DNA from: Emiliania huxleyi CCMP1516
Lineage: Eukaryota
Assembly: GCF_000372725.1 (NCBI RefSeq)
Contig: NW_005202303.1
Coordinates: 248,001-312,000, forward strand
Reading direction: 5' to 3'
Length of the DNA stretch: 64,000 nt
Below the pieces are notes generated by a model. That model was not told the DNA's origin. It saw only the letters and a list, made by a program, of their open reading frames with translations, and ran no database searches. Shown in pieces: positions 23,157 through 34,737 of this stretch. The stretch's first letter is position 1; the number at the start of each line of letters is the position of its first letter. The translations under genes were made by a program, and so were the position numbers.

Positions 23157-23579
23157 GTGGTCGCGCGCGTCCTCGCCTCGCGCGGCTGCTCGCAGATGCT
23201 CCGCCCTCCCGCTGAGTACGCCGCCGCCTCGTCGACGCTCGACGGCGTAACGGACGCTGAGTTTGCACGTGCGTGGGCGGCGGCCTCTTCGAATGGCTTC
23301 CACCATGTGGGCACCGACGGCAGGGTGCGCCTCCTGCCGACGCGCACCTCGTCGTCGTCGTCGTCGTCGTCCTCCTCCTCCTCCTCCTCGTTGTCCTCCT
23401 CGTCCTCCTCGTCGTCCTCCTCCTCGCCCTCCTCCTCGTGCTCACGAGGCGCCCTCCCTAATATGGCAGGAGCGCTTCCTGCTGTACGCGCACCTCTCCG
23501 TCCTCAACCACTCGTGCGTTCCTAATGCGGCCATCGACGAGGCGCGCGCCGCCGGACGGACGGAAGACCGGCTACGCCC

Positions 23580-23635
<56 letters not shown>

Positions 23636-24747
23636 TCTCCCCTCCCTAATAAGGCAGGCGCGCGCCGCCGAGCGGACGACCGTCTACGCCATACGAGATG
23701 TAACCGCCGGAGAGGAGCTCTGTATCTGCTACTTGCCTGACGCTCTGCCCTGCGCGCCGCCGCCGCTTCGCCGCGCCTTCCTGCGTCACCGCTTTGAGTT
23801 TGAGTGTGAGTGCCCGCGCTGCGCCGGCCGAGCGTGCGACGCGGACGGACGGGACGTGGACGTGGACGGAGCCGGCGGCGGTGGAGGCGGAGGCGGAAGC
23901 ACCGCCGCCGCCGACGTGTTGCTCGAGCAGTTGGCCGAGGGCGCGGGGCGTGCGGAGGCGGCGGCGGCGCAGCACGCGCACCGCGAGCTGGTGCGCGCCA
24001 CAAGCGCCGCCGCCGCCGCCGCCGCCGCCCTCGTCGTCGTCGTCCTCCTCTTCCTCCTCCTCCACCACCTCCTCCTCGTTCTCCCCACCTCTGCTTCTCC
24101 TCTCCCGCGCGCAGGTGCGTGGGCAGCTCGACGAGCGCAAGCGGCTGATCGGCCTGCAGCTCAAGGAGTACTCCTCGTTTGACGAAGCGCTCGCGGCGAC
24201 GGACGCTTTCATGGCCGAGCATGCGCCTCGCCTCGCGACGACGCACTGGATGCGGCACCAGCGCAGGCGAGCACGTGACCTGAGGAGCACGTGACCTGCG
24301 CCACGGGATGCGCCACCAGGCGAGTACGACAGACAGGAGCACGTGAGGCGGAAGCACGTGCGCTGAGCGCGCGTGAGCTGAGCCACTGGGTGCGCCGCCA
24401 GGCATGCTCGCCGCGCACGCCCTCGCCGTCGTCGTCGTCGCTCCTCCTCCACCTCTTCCACGCGGCGGCGGCCTTTCCTTTTGCGGCGGGAGGCAGGTGC
24501 GCTCGCTGCGCAGCCTCGTGCTGCTCGAGCTTCCTAATAAGGCCGTCGGCGCGGCGATGCTCCTCGCCGAGCAGCTCGCCTCCGAGGCGCGCCTGCATGC
24601 ATGCATGCACGGCATGGCATGGCATGGCATGGCACCGCTGCGCCTCGACGCGCTCGCGCGGGTTGAGGAGTGGCTGCGCCGTCCCGGCGGCGTGGCCCCG
24701 CACCGTAGCGCGGCCGCGGCGGCTCGAAGAGCCGGAACGCGCGTGAG
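23157..24747 (+). CDS. SMYD-like SET-domain protein (multi-exon; 5' end not found, 3' end approximate)
   Basis: SNGF, LYAHLSVLNHSCVPNA, VYAIRDVTAGEELCICY and post-SET FEFECECPRC. Confidence 0.75.
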
Positions 24748-25046
24748 AGGGTGAGTCAGAGGTCTCAGTACTCAGAGAGCGGCCGGCGGCGGCCGCGTAA
24801 GACTGGTGGCGTGCGCAGGATCCGGGGCGGCGAGGAGGCGGCGCCGCGAGTGTGCTCAACAGCAGCACTCGCGACAGTTGCGTCAGTTGGATCACTGTGC
24901 TTCCTCTAAGGTGAACTTAGGTTACATCGGCCGCGGGCCCCGACGCCACGCGCACACACTCAATGAAATACTTGTTACAAGCTGGACAATGGCCGTCCGA
25001 GGAGCCGGCGCTGCGGATCGGCTGCCTCGGCGCTCGGGTGGGTGGG

Positions 25047-25440
25047 TCATCTTGTCCGCGTGCGCGTGCCTGCGTGGAACCAGAGGTTGGCGGCCCACTT
25101 CTCGCCGCGCGTGACCTCGCACGAGCCATGCCACGGCCAGTAGTCGGCGGCGGCCGTCATGGGCTGCGCGTTATAGAAGAGCAGCACGTCGCCTCGCTTG
25201 GGGCGCACGCTGAGCCCGCGCGCCGTCTGGCACGGCCCAAACGCGCGCAGCACGTCCTGGGCCCGCGCCGGCTGGTGGTCGCCACCGGTGGCGTGCTGCG
25301 CGGCGGCTGCGCCCCGCCCCGCGGCCCCGGCGGGCGGCCAGTGCCCGCCAGAGAGAGGAAAGTTTGTGTGGCCGCCCTCGAAACCGTCGTTGAGGTAGAA
25401 AAGCGCCGTGAGCACGCGAGGCACCTGGCGGCGCCTCCGC

Positions 25441-25473
<33 letters not shown>

Positions 25474-26273
25474 ACGTCTGGGTTGTCGAGGTGGTAGTAG
25501 TAGTACTCGGACGTGTTGTAGTGGACCACCTGCCCCAAATAAGGAAGGGGCGTGGGACGAGGAGGTAGGTAGCGGAGACGTGTGTGGTGGTGGACCTGCA
25601 TCGGTTCCGAGTGCGCGACGCTCAGCCGCGCGAGCGAGGCGACCCGCCGGGCAGCCGCCTGCACGAGCGCCGCGTCGGAGGAGGAGGCGGAGGCGGCGGA
25701 GGAGGAGGAGGAGGCCTCGTCGCTGACGTGGAGCCACGCGCTCCGCGAGGTGCGGTGCGCTGGCTGCCTCGGCCCAAAGAGGCGCCCGAGCGCCGCTACG
25801 AGCGACCAGTCGGTCGAGCTGCGCTGGAGGCGCGACGCGCCGGCCCGCTGGATCGCAGAGAGCTCGGCAGACGAGAGAAGGCCCTCCGCCATCAGCACGC
25901 GCGGCCGCTCGCTGAGAGTGCGCAGCGTGCAGCTCGTGCCAGCAGCGCCGTCATCATCCAGGGCGACCCGGCGCGGCCGCTCGCTCGTCGGCCACACGAA
26001 GAAGGGGCGGCCGCCGACCACCGCGTAGAGCGGCGAGCAGCCGACGCACGGCGTACCCACGCCGCTCGCGCCGTCGCGCTTTGTCCAGAGAACCTCGACG
26101 CCGCCGTCGCTCCACAGCCCGATGCGCTGCGCCGACGGCACGGCGGCGTGCAGCTGCTGCCGCCACGAGGACGCGTTGAGGAGCATGCGCGCGCGCGAAC
26201 CGGCGTTGCCGCCATTCGGCAGGACGTGCAGCGTGCTCGCGCCAACCGCGCGCCGCAGCAAGTCGTCGGGCAT
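25047..26273 (-). CDS. Prolyl 4-hydroxylase (2OG-Fe(II) dioxygenase)
   Basis: RTSRSAWL, SEPMQVVHY, YYHLD, RVLTALFYLND, GGHTNFP, PKRGDVLLFYN, HGSCEVTRGEKWAANLW; one in-frame intron near 25530-25595. Confidence 0.9.
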
Positions 26274-26456
26274 GGTTCGCGCGTGTGGGCGCTAGCCTCC
26301 TCCGCCCGCCGGCCGGACGCGACCGAGGTCGAGGCCCAGGTCGAGTGTGACGCCTGTGGAAGTGGTCGAGACGCTGTCGGGGGCTGTCACGTAAGATAAA
26401 AGAATTCTTAACCCCAAGCCTCTCTCACAGCACACTGGCACGACAAGGGCGCGATA

Positions 26457-27877
26457 AAAGAAAGAAAAACCCCGCAAGCGCAAGGGAGGGACGGGAGGAC
26501 ACGCCGCCACCACACAGGGATTTCACGGGAAGGAAGGTGTGTAGCTAGCCGTCGCCCACCCTTGGTTGGGCGTCTGCCTCTTCCTCGATCTCTCTTCGCA
26601 GTCCCTCACCGATTCTCCCTGCAACCGCGTCGATGCTTTCTTCGAAAGAAAGAAAGAAAAAACGGACCCAAGGGAGGGATGGAGGACGGCACGCCGCCAC
26701 CACGATTAGATGCTTTCTTCTCTGAGAGGGACTTTTCTTCGTGATGCGGAAATTCTTCTGCATGCTGCAGCTGACAGCGAGAAGCGGCCGAGTGTGCAGC
26801 AGGCTGTGTGCGACGGGAGATGTGCGGCGAGGTGAAGATGGCAGGCCGAGGAAAGCGGGGAGGCGCCAGCGCAGGGAGGCGCGTGCAGCCTTGAGCCAAC
26901 CGCGATGGAGGTCCAATGAGAGGAGGGACACGTCGGGAAGAGAGCGTGCGCATCGTCGAGATCTCAATATCAAGGCTGCGAACTCGACTATCCGCGAGGC
27001 CACAGAGCAGGCCACAGAGCAGCGGCGAGAAGAAAATCGTGCCGTATAGGTGCAGCTGACATCTGGATGACTGCGCATAATGGGTTTGACCCGCCGCGCA
27101 GCAACCCGATGTTCCTTAGTTTTCCGTCGAGTGACGAGTCTCGTCCGAGACGTCTAGTCTCATCCCGCCTCGTGGCAACCTGTTCTAGTGTGTCATGGGT
27201 GTCCCGGTGTGGTGGTCTCGTGTGTGGGGGAGGCTCAGCAGCCCACCACAGGGAGGTTTCGTCAGTCTCGGCCCCGTCGCATCTGCCGCGCCGAGATTCG
27301 ACGGACCAAGGGGTAGAGGCTAGCGCTCTCTGTCGAGAGAAGCGCAATACTCAAGACAATGATTACTACATCATGCACGACCTCGAGCGTGCAATGCCGC
27401 ACAGTGCTCAGGGTTCGAGCAGGTGCAAAGAAAGAAAGAAAGAAAACAGAGGCAACCCAAGGGAGGGATGGGAGAACGGCACGCCGCCACCACACAGGGA
27501 TTTTAAGGAGAGGAGTGTGATGCGCTAGCCGTCGCCCACCCTTGGGGAGTCTGCCTCATCGTATCTCTTTTCGCAGTCTCTCGGTCTCGCCGCTTCTCGC
27601 TGCAACCTTCATGCCACCTCGCGGCCGTCCCACTCTCGTCGTTCTCTCCCTTGTCATTTCCTCCTCTGTCGCGTCGTTCTCTTCTGCCTCGTCCTGCGAC
27701 GCCGCCGCCTGCCGGTCCCTTGTTCTCGCGGCTTCTTTCGCCTTTCGGCGCAACTCCGTCCTCCTCGCGGCGTATCCTGGCCCCTCGAGTCTATCGAGCT
27801 CCCCTCGCGCAAGGACCACATTTCTCTCGAGCAAAAAGAAAGAAAACAGACAACCCAAGGGAGGGATGGGAGGACGT
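26457..27877. repeat. Four direct copies of an (AAAG)n-led motif; two extend to ~150 bp
   Basis: AAAGAAAGAAAA...CAAGGGAGGGA(T/C)GG at ~26457, 26645, 27427, 27833; copies 1 and 3 continue CACACAGGGATTT...GCTAGCCGTCGCCCACCCTTGG...TCGCAGTC. Confidence 0.8.
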
Positions 27878-27949
27878 TTTTTTCTCTCGAGCAGGTGAGG
27901 CGAGTGCAAAAGTTGAATTCTTTGGCGGCACGGACCCAGCTGTATCTTG

Positions 27950-28600
27950 ATGAGGCAGCTGTCGGCATCGCTACTCCTGCTCGTCGCTGGCTGCGCGGCG
28001 CTCCGAGTGGCGCCGCTTTCGCCGGCCGTGCGGTCCGCCCCGCTGCGCCCCGCCGCCGCTGCCCGTGCCGCTGCGCCCGTCGCCGTCTCCTTCGCGCCCT
28101 CGCCGCTGGCGGCAGCCTCTCGCTCAAAGCTCCGCGCTGCGGGCGCGCGTGGCACGGCGGCGCGGAGGGCGTGGTCCTGCCGACGCCTCCCGGAGGTCGC
28201 TCCCATCGACATGATGGCCGACATCGCGCCGAAGAAGGTTGGCGTCGTCGGCGTGACTGGTGCCGTGGGGCAGGAGATTGTCGCTGTGCTGGGCGAGCGC
28301 GGCTTCCCAGTGTCGGAGCTGCGGCTCTTCGCGTCGGCGCGGTCGGCGGGCCAGCCGATGGAGACGGGCTCGGGCACGCTGCAGATCGAGGAGTTCTCCC
28401 TCGCCGCCGCGCGCGAGTGCGACATCGTCTTCCTCGCAGTCTCTGGCGACTTTGCGCTTGAGTGGGCGGAAAAGGTGCCCGTCCGCCGCAATCGCCTCGC
28501 CACATGTGCATGTCGTCTTGCCAGAGCTGGCCGAGTCTTGCCGGCCACCCTCCTACCCGCTCTGCTCCGCTTTCTCTCTCCATCTCTCGCTTGCTCGCTC

Positions 28601-28681
<81 letters not shown>

Positions 28682-30474
28682 CCTGCTCCCTGCATCCCGC
28701 CGCCGCCGCTGCAGATCTCGGAGGGCGAGGGCGGCGCGCTGGTGATCGACAACTCGTCCGCCTTTCGGTACAAGGACGGCGTTCCGCTGGTTGTGCCAGA
28801 GATCAACGCCGAGGCAGCCCGCCCGTAGCTGGCCCGGGGCAGGGAAAGGCAGGGCAGGGCAGGGCGGGTTGGGTTCCACGGCAGGGAAGGTAGGGTAGGC
28901 AGGCTGGGGCAGCGGCAGGACGGCGGTAGGGCAGCGGCAGGGCAGGGCGGTGCGGCGGGGCAGGACATGGCCAGCGGCAGGGCCTGTGACGGGGCTTGTG
29001 ACATGGTCTGTGACGGGCCTGCAGCGCCTCCACTCACGCCCAAGGCAGGCTGCTGGGCGAGCCCGCCGCCCTTGCGTGCGGAGACAGCCAGCCCTCCTCC
29101 CTCGACCGCCTCCCCAACCGAGTGCCTCCCCTGTGAGTGCGGGTACCTACCCCTCCTCCCTGCCACGTCTGCAGGCCGCCCGCCGCGCAAAGGCCAAGCT
29201 CATCGCAAACCCGAACTGCACCACCGCCATCGCGCTGATGGCGCTCGCGCCGCTGCACGAGCAGTTCGGCACCCGGCGGGTCATCATGTCCACGTGAGCA
29301 CCTCCCTCCTCTCCACTCTCCCTCTGCCACCCCACCCGTCCCGTCGGACGTGTCTGTGCGGCGGTGTGCAGCTCTTCTTCTGTCCGTCACGTCTGCTGTC
29401 CCCGCGCGCGCGGAGCCCCCCCCGCCCCCCCCTGCCACCCCCCCCCGCCCCCCCCCTCTACCTTCCGGCAACACTGACCCTAGCCCCACCCCTCTGCCTT
29501 CAGGTACCAGGCCGCCTCGGGCGCTGGCGCCCCCGGCATGGCGGAGCTCGAGGAGGGGACAAAGGCGATGGCCAACGGCGGCAGCGCGAGCAACGAGGTC
29601 TTCGCGCACCCCCTCCCCTTCAACGTGATACCGCACATCGACAAGTTTCTCGACGACAAGTGCGCGCCGCCACACCACGCCCCGCCGCCCGCCCTGCCCC
29701 GCCCGCGCCCCGCCCCACCACACACCCCGCTGCCCGCCCCCCACGCCGCCCGCCCTGCCCGCCCTATCCGCCACGGCCCGCCCCCGCCCGCCGCGCGCCA
29801 CGCCCTCCCCACGGCGGCCCGACGGCCCTACCGCGCCGCGGCCACCGCCAGACCCCCGCAGCAGCAAGCAGACCTCTCCGCCCCTCGCTGCAGGTACACA
29901 AAGGAGGAGCGCAAGGTGACCTGGGAGACGCGCAAGATCATGGACCTGCCCGACCTGCCCGTCTCTTGCACGTGCGTCCGCATCCCGACGCTGCGCGCGC
30001 ACGCTGAGGCGATCACCATCGAGACGGCGCGCTGGAGAGAGATGCAGCCGAGAGGACCCGGGATCGGCCCAGTTTACCTTCACCCCCACCCCTCGCGCCC
30101 CGCCCCCCTCCGCCCCTCCGCATCGCCCCTCCCGCCCCTCCCGTCCCTCCCGCCCCTCCCGCCCCACCGCCCCACCGCCCCACCGCCCCCACCCACACCC
30201 TCCCGTCCTCCCGCCCTTCGCAGGAGAAGCCGGTCGACCTTGACAAGGCGTACGCCGCCCTCAACGCCGCGCCGGGCGTCACAGTCGCCGACGACCTCTC
30301 GTCGAACCTCTACCCGATGCCGCTCACCGCACCAAAAAGTACGACGTCGAGGTCGGCCGCGTCCGCAAGAACGACGTCTTTGGCGACAACGGGCTCGACC
30401 TCTTCGTCTGCGGCGACCAGCTGCTGCGCGGCGCCGCACTCAATGCGGTGCTCATCGCCGAGGCGGTCGCGTAG
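27950..30474 (+). CDS. asd: Aspartate-semialdehyde dehydrogenase, probably plastid-targeted (multi-exon)
   Basis: Signal peptide [104 protein letters not shown]. Confidence 0.95.
28607..28679. repeat. (CT)n microsatellite in asd intron
   Basis: Direct inspection. Confidence 0.95.
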
Positions 30475-31062
30475 AGAAAGTCGCGAAGACACGCGCCGCC
30501 TTAGCGGCTGCAGTCCCCCGGCTGTGCCCAGGGGGCGGGACGGGGTTGCCGCCCCTTCCCTGTCTCCCCGGCCTGGAGAGCACCGGGCGACTCCCACCGA
30601 GACCAGCACAAGCAAACATATCACTCACGTACTTCGAGGCGCATGACATTTGGCAAGTCGAAATAGAGTGGACGGGCTGTGTTTTATATCCGCAATCCGG
30701 TGTATAACGCAGATACGCAGTAAGGCTTTGCATTTTGAAAACTCTCTCTTCTCCGTGTTGGTGGCGTCGGACGAAAGACGAAAATTTATTTGTAATTTGT
30801 GGGAAAAGGATGAAAATAAAGGTAAATAAAACTTAAAACGGCAACCTTCTACTAAGAAGGATCACAAGTTCCCGTATCCCGCCTTGCAGCACAGGGATTC
30901 TTTGATCTTTGTGGAAGGTATGTCTATGTGGATTGTGGTCGGCGACACATACGGATGTTTTTCTAGAAATCGACACACACTCTCGTACGCCCGGCCCCGC
31001 GCGACCCCGCGCTGCTCCCCCCCCCGCCAACACACTGGCCACTTGGGCGGAGCCCGCCCGCG

Positions 31063-31106
<44 letters not shown>

Positions 31107-31315
31107 CCCCTGTGGCTGGAGCCTCGCTGGTGGCGGCCAGCGCCTTGTTTCTCCGGCGACCACAGGACGAATCCCACATGAGCGGGCAATCCCGCGAGGG
31201 TGACGCCCCGCGGTGCGGTTCGCGGGTCTAGTCTCCTTGCCACACCTCCGCCGCCGCCATTCGGGAGAGCTTGCGGAGGCCCGCTGCCCCCAACCCACAC
31301 CCATCCGCCCCGCCC

Positions 31316-33949
31316 TCACACGTCGATATCCATCTTGCGGGCGCCTATGGCGCGCGCCGTTCCCTGGTCGTATTTCTCCACGACCGCCTCGTACTCCTCC
31401 TCACCATACTCCTCCTCCTCGCCATACTCCTCGTCATCCTCGTACCCCTCTTCCCCCTCCTCGCCATACTCCTCGTCGTCCTCGTAGTCCTCATCCTCGT
31501 CACCCTCCTCGCCCTCCTGCTCAGCCACCTCCGGCAGCTTGCTCCCGCGCGGGTCGCCGCCGCCAAAGAGGTTGGGGCAGCAGTGCCGGTACAGGCCGTA
31601 CAGCACGAGCAGCTCCACAGCGACCGCGACGAGGACGATCGCCGCCTTGGCCTGGCTGACGTGCGCGGCAAGCTCGGCGTCGCTGGCGGCAGCGCTCGCG
31701 AACGCGTCGGCGCGCGGCGAATCCAGCGGTGGCGGCGGCATTGGATTGGGCGGAGGGGGCGGCGGCGGGTTGGGCGGCGGCGGCGGCGACGGCGGCGGCG
31801 GCCGCACAAAGGGCGGCGGAGGCGGCGGCGAGGGCGCTGCGGCGCAGCCGTTGGGCATGTGATTCCAGTGCAGGTTACGCTCCTTGTGCCACTGCTGAAT
31901 GCCCACCCAGTCGCAGCCTCCCGTGAGCGCGGCGCCCTTCTTCTCCTTGGTGCCGCAGTGGGTGGAGAGCAGGTCGTTGATCCGATCCGTCATCATGTGG
32001 CACGCATAGTGGGCGCGCTCGCTGTTCTCGCGGATGTTGGCGGCGCAGGTGCACCGGTCGTTTGCGAAAACCGAGTCCTTGCCCCGGGCCGCCTCGGAGC
32101 AGCACGCCTTCGCAAAGGCCTCGTCGTTGACCACCCGCCGGGAGACGGGGTCGTACGCCGCAAAGGTCCAGGTCTCGTGCGCCCAGCCATGGCCGGCGAA
32201 CTTGCCGTCCGGGTCGTGCTGATGCGCCAAGCAGCCGAACTGGCACCAGTCCACCCCAAGCTGCTCGACCGTGCTCTGGTAGCTCACCTCGAGCTCCTCC
32301 TCCCAGCCGGCCTGGCCCCAGTGCAGCGCGGCGGCGCACTTGGGGCTGCGCATCAGCTCGTTCACCGGCCGCGGCACGCCGTGCCCGTGGTGCGAGACGA
32401 CGGTGAGCCAGAGGCGCGGCTCGCGGCCCGCAGGGGAAAGGAAAGAGTCGTCCACCCCGGTCCAACCCATCATCACGTCCACCGTCTTGGCGTTGGGAGG
32501 GTACAGGTTGGTGGCGTTGGCGAGCAGCGCCTCGATGCAGCCCGCCGCGCGGTCCCACGGGATGCTGTACTCGGTCGAGTTGAAGCAGCCCGCCTCCGCC
32601 CCGCCGGCGTGCATATCGGTCCACGTCTGGTACGCCGGCGGCGCCTGCTGGATGCGCGCCAGCCGCGCTTCCTCCATCAGGTAGTCCGCAAAGGCGGGCG
32701 GGTCGGCCGCGGCGGCTGACGTGTCCTTGCACACCTTGGGGTCGCTGAACCAGAGGTTGGGGTGCTCCTCCACGTCGGAGGTGCCCGACTCGAGGCGCTT
32801 CCACAGGTGGCTGCCATCGCGCGCGCCGCGCTGGATCGCCTCGGTCCACGTGTGCGCGCCCCACCGGTACGTCGTCCCCTCGAGCCAGTTGTACCACGTG
32901 ACCTGGTGCCGCTCCCGCGCGGCCGAGGAGAACTTGGTCGTGTAGAGCTCGTCCGCGACCTCGTCTTCGGGGCTGAGCTCAAAGCCGTGGTACCGGACCG
33001 TGGTGCCTTGCTGGTTCACCGACACGAACAGGACCTTGTTGTTGTGCGCCGCGCGCTTCATCTGGTTGACGAGCGCCTCGCGGCCCTCCTCGGTCTTCTC
33101 CGTGCGTAGCTCCACCGCCTGCGCCACGTGCATCGCGGTCTGCTTGACGTCGATAATGAAGTCGCTTGCGCTCAGCTCGTCGCCATAGCTCACCTTGATC
33201 ATGCGGTGCTTGACGATTCGCACCGTCACGTCGAGCAGCACGCCCAGCCGCCCACCCGACGTCTTGAGCGCGCGCCACAGCAGCGGCCGGGTCGCCTCCG
33301 ACACCCCCTCGATGACCTCGCCGTCCGCCGTCATGAGGCGCGCCTCCAGGACCTTGGCGGACCAGCTCCCTTCCACGAGCGAGTGCGCGTGCGTCGCGGT
33401 GGCCACGGCGCCGCCCACCGTCTGCCCCGCATAGATCGTGCCTGGCTCCGGCAGCATGTAGCCCGTCGGCGACGCCTCTGTCCGGTACGCGGCGAGGTAC
33501 TCGTTGAGAGCCTGCACGGTGACACAGGTCTTGACCGTCACAACGCCCTTGGCCTCGTCGACCTTGATGTCCGGGGTCGCCGCCGTCGCAGTCGCCGTCC
33601 CCTCGGCGGGCGCCAGGTAGAATGGCAGAGCGCCCGTGAGCTCGTCCACCTCGCACATCGCCGCGGTGACCAGGCTGAAGCCTCCCGCTGCGGCGCAGGC
33701 CATGTTGTTGATGTTCCAATTGGCGCCGGTGCCCACTGCCCGGATCGAGTGTGTGCGACGCATCACCTCGCTCAGCTCCTTCTCGGAAGCCGTGCCGATG
33801 ACGGTGGGCAGGGAGCGGCAAGACTGGCCGCCTTGGTAGTTTGTCTGCCCCACAATGTCGGCGTGAGCCTGGTCGGTGGGGATTATCCTTTCATACGCGT
33901 CCGCCCCGGCGCAGATTGCCAGGCAGAGTGCCGCCGCCGCTCGCGTCAT
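31316..33949 (-). CDS. FAD-binding L-gulonolactone/arabinonolactone oxidase-like protein with signal peptide, Pro-rich stalk, TM helix and acidic tail; intronless
   Basis: IRAVGTG, QTVGGAVATATH, SGGRLGVLLDVT, EYSIP, LHWGQ, DPDGKF; TM AAIVLVAVAVELLVLYGLY; Glu/Tyr-rich C-terminus. Confidence 0.75.
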   Translation of the reverse strand: MTRAAAALCLAICAGADAYERIIPTDQAHADIVGQTNYQGGQSCRSLPTVIGTASEKELSEVMRRTHSIRAVGTGANWNINNMACAAAGGFSLVTAAMCEVDELTGALPFYLAPAEGTATATAATPDIKVDEAKGVVTVKTCVTVQALNEYLAAYRTEASPTGYMLPEPGTIYAGQTVGGAVATATHAHSLVEGSWSAKVLEARLMTADGEVIEGVSEATRPLLWRALKTSGGRLGVLLDVTVRIVKHRMIKVSYGDELSASDFIIDVKQTAMHVAQAVELRTEKTEEGREALVNQMKRAAHNNKVLFVSVNQQGTTVRYHGFELSPEDEVADELYTTKFSSAARERHQVTWYNWLEGTTYRWGAHTWTEAIQRGARDGSHLWKRLESGTSDVEEHPNLWFSDPKVCKDTSAAAADPPAFADYLMEEARLARIQQAPPAYQTWTDMHAGGAEAGCFNSTEYSIPWDRAAGCIEALLANATNLYPPNAKTVDVMMGWTGVDDSFLSPAGREPRLWLTVVSHHGHGVPRPVNELMRSPKCAAALHWGQAGWEEELEVSYQSTVEQLGVDWCQFGCLAHQHDPDGKFAGHGWAHETWTFAAYDPVSRRVVNDEAFAKACCSEAARGKDSVFANDRCTCAANIRENSERAHYACHMMTDRINDLLSTHCGTKEKKGAALTGGCDWVGIQQWHKERNLHWNHMPNGCAAAPSPPPPPPFVRPPPPSPPPPPNPPPPPPPNPMPPPPLDSPRADAFASAAASDAELAAHVSQAKAAIVLVAVAVELLVLYGLYRHCCPNLFGGGDPRGSKLPEVAEQEGEEGDEDEDYEDDEEYGEEGEEGYEDDEEYGEEEEYGEEEYEAVVEKYDQGTARAIGARKMDIDV

Positions 33950-34161
33950 GAGGAGCACGGCGGAAGGGGGGAGGCGGTGCGGCTGCTGCCCGCCGACAGA
34001 GAGTGCCCGTCGCAGCTCGGACGGGTTGAGCGTGGAACACGACACGTGAGCCGTGAACCTAGTCAGAACTTGGCGGCATATGATCGGAGTGGGAGTCAGA
34101 AGAGTGGTCCTTGCGCGAGGAGAGTGCCGTCAGTGGCTGCACATGTCCGATGTCGCCCATA

Positions 34162-34310
34162 GGGCCGTGTCGTGTTTTGATCTCTCGGTCAGTCAGTGGG
34201 TGGGGGGGCCGCCGAGCGCCGAGCCGCCTCGGTCGGGGTGGCGGGCGGGCGGGCGTTTTGTTTGAAAAACAGAGAACAGAAAACAAGAAGGGGGGGCGGG
34301 GACCCTGGGA
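34162..34310. mobile_element. Solo terminus related to the 2013-2451 MITE
   Basis: GGGCCGTG...TTGATCTCTCGGTC...GCCGAGCCGCCTCGG...GGTGGCGGGCGGGCGGGCGTTTTG...AAAAACAG matches the reverse complement of 2340-2451. Confidence 0.7.
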
Positions 34311-34737
34311 GAAGAAACCGAGGGATCAGCAGCTATATGCGCACTGTGCTTAGTTAGGTTACGGGCGACCCGGGCGGGGCGAGGCCCAGCAGGGCCTTTC
34401 TTGTGCTAGCTTGTGTGATGCGCCCGACAAAAAGGCGTCTTCACAAGTCTGAAGCCACAGGCACAGCAGTCAGCACACGTGTCACGTGACCGAGCTCTGA
34501 GGGCCAGCGTGAGGGCGCTGGGCGGGTGGCTGCCACTCTCGTTTCACGTTTCCAAACAAACGACAACAAAAGCCTCGTTCTCCATTATGTGAACCGGAGT
34601 GCGCCGAGACGCGTGTACACGCATCCGAGCCCGCGCCGAGCCAGCGCGCACATGCCATCCTCGGATCCTGGTAACGAGCACAGGACCGTGGTAAACCGAA
34701 TTTTACGACAAAGCTCCCTCGCACAACACGGGGCTCG

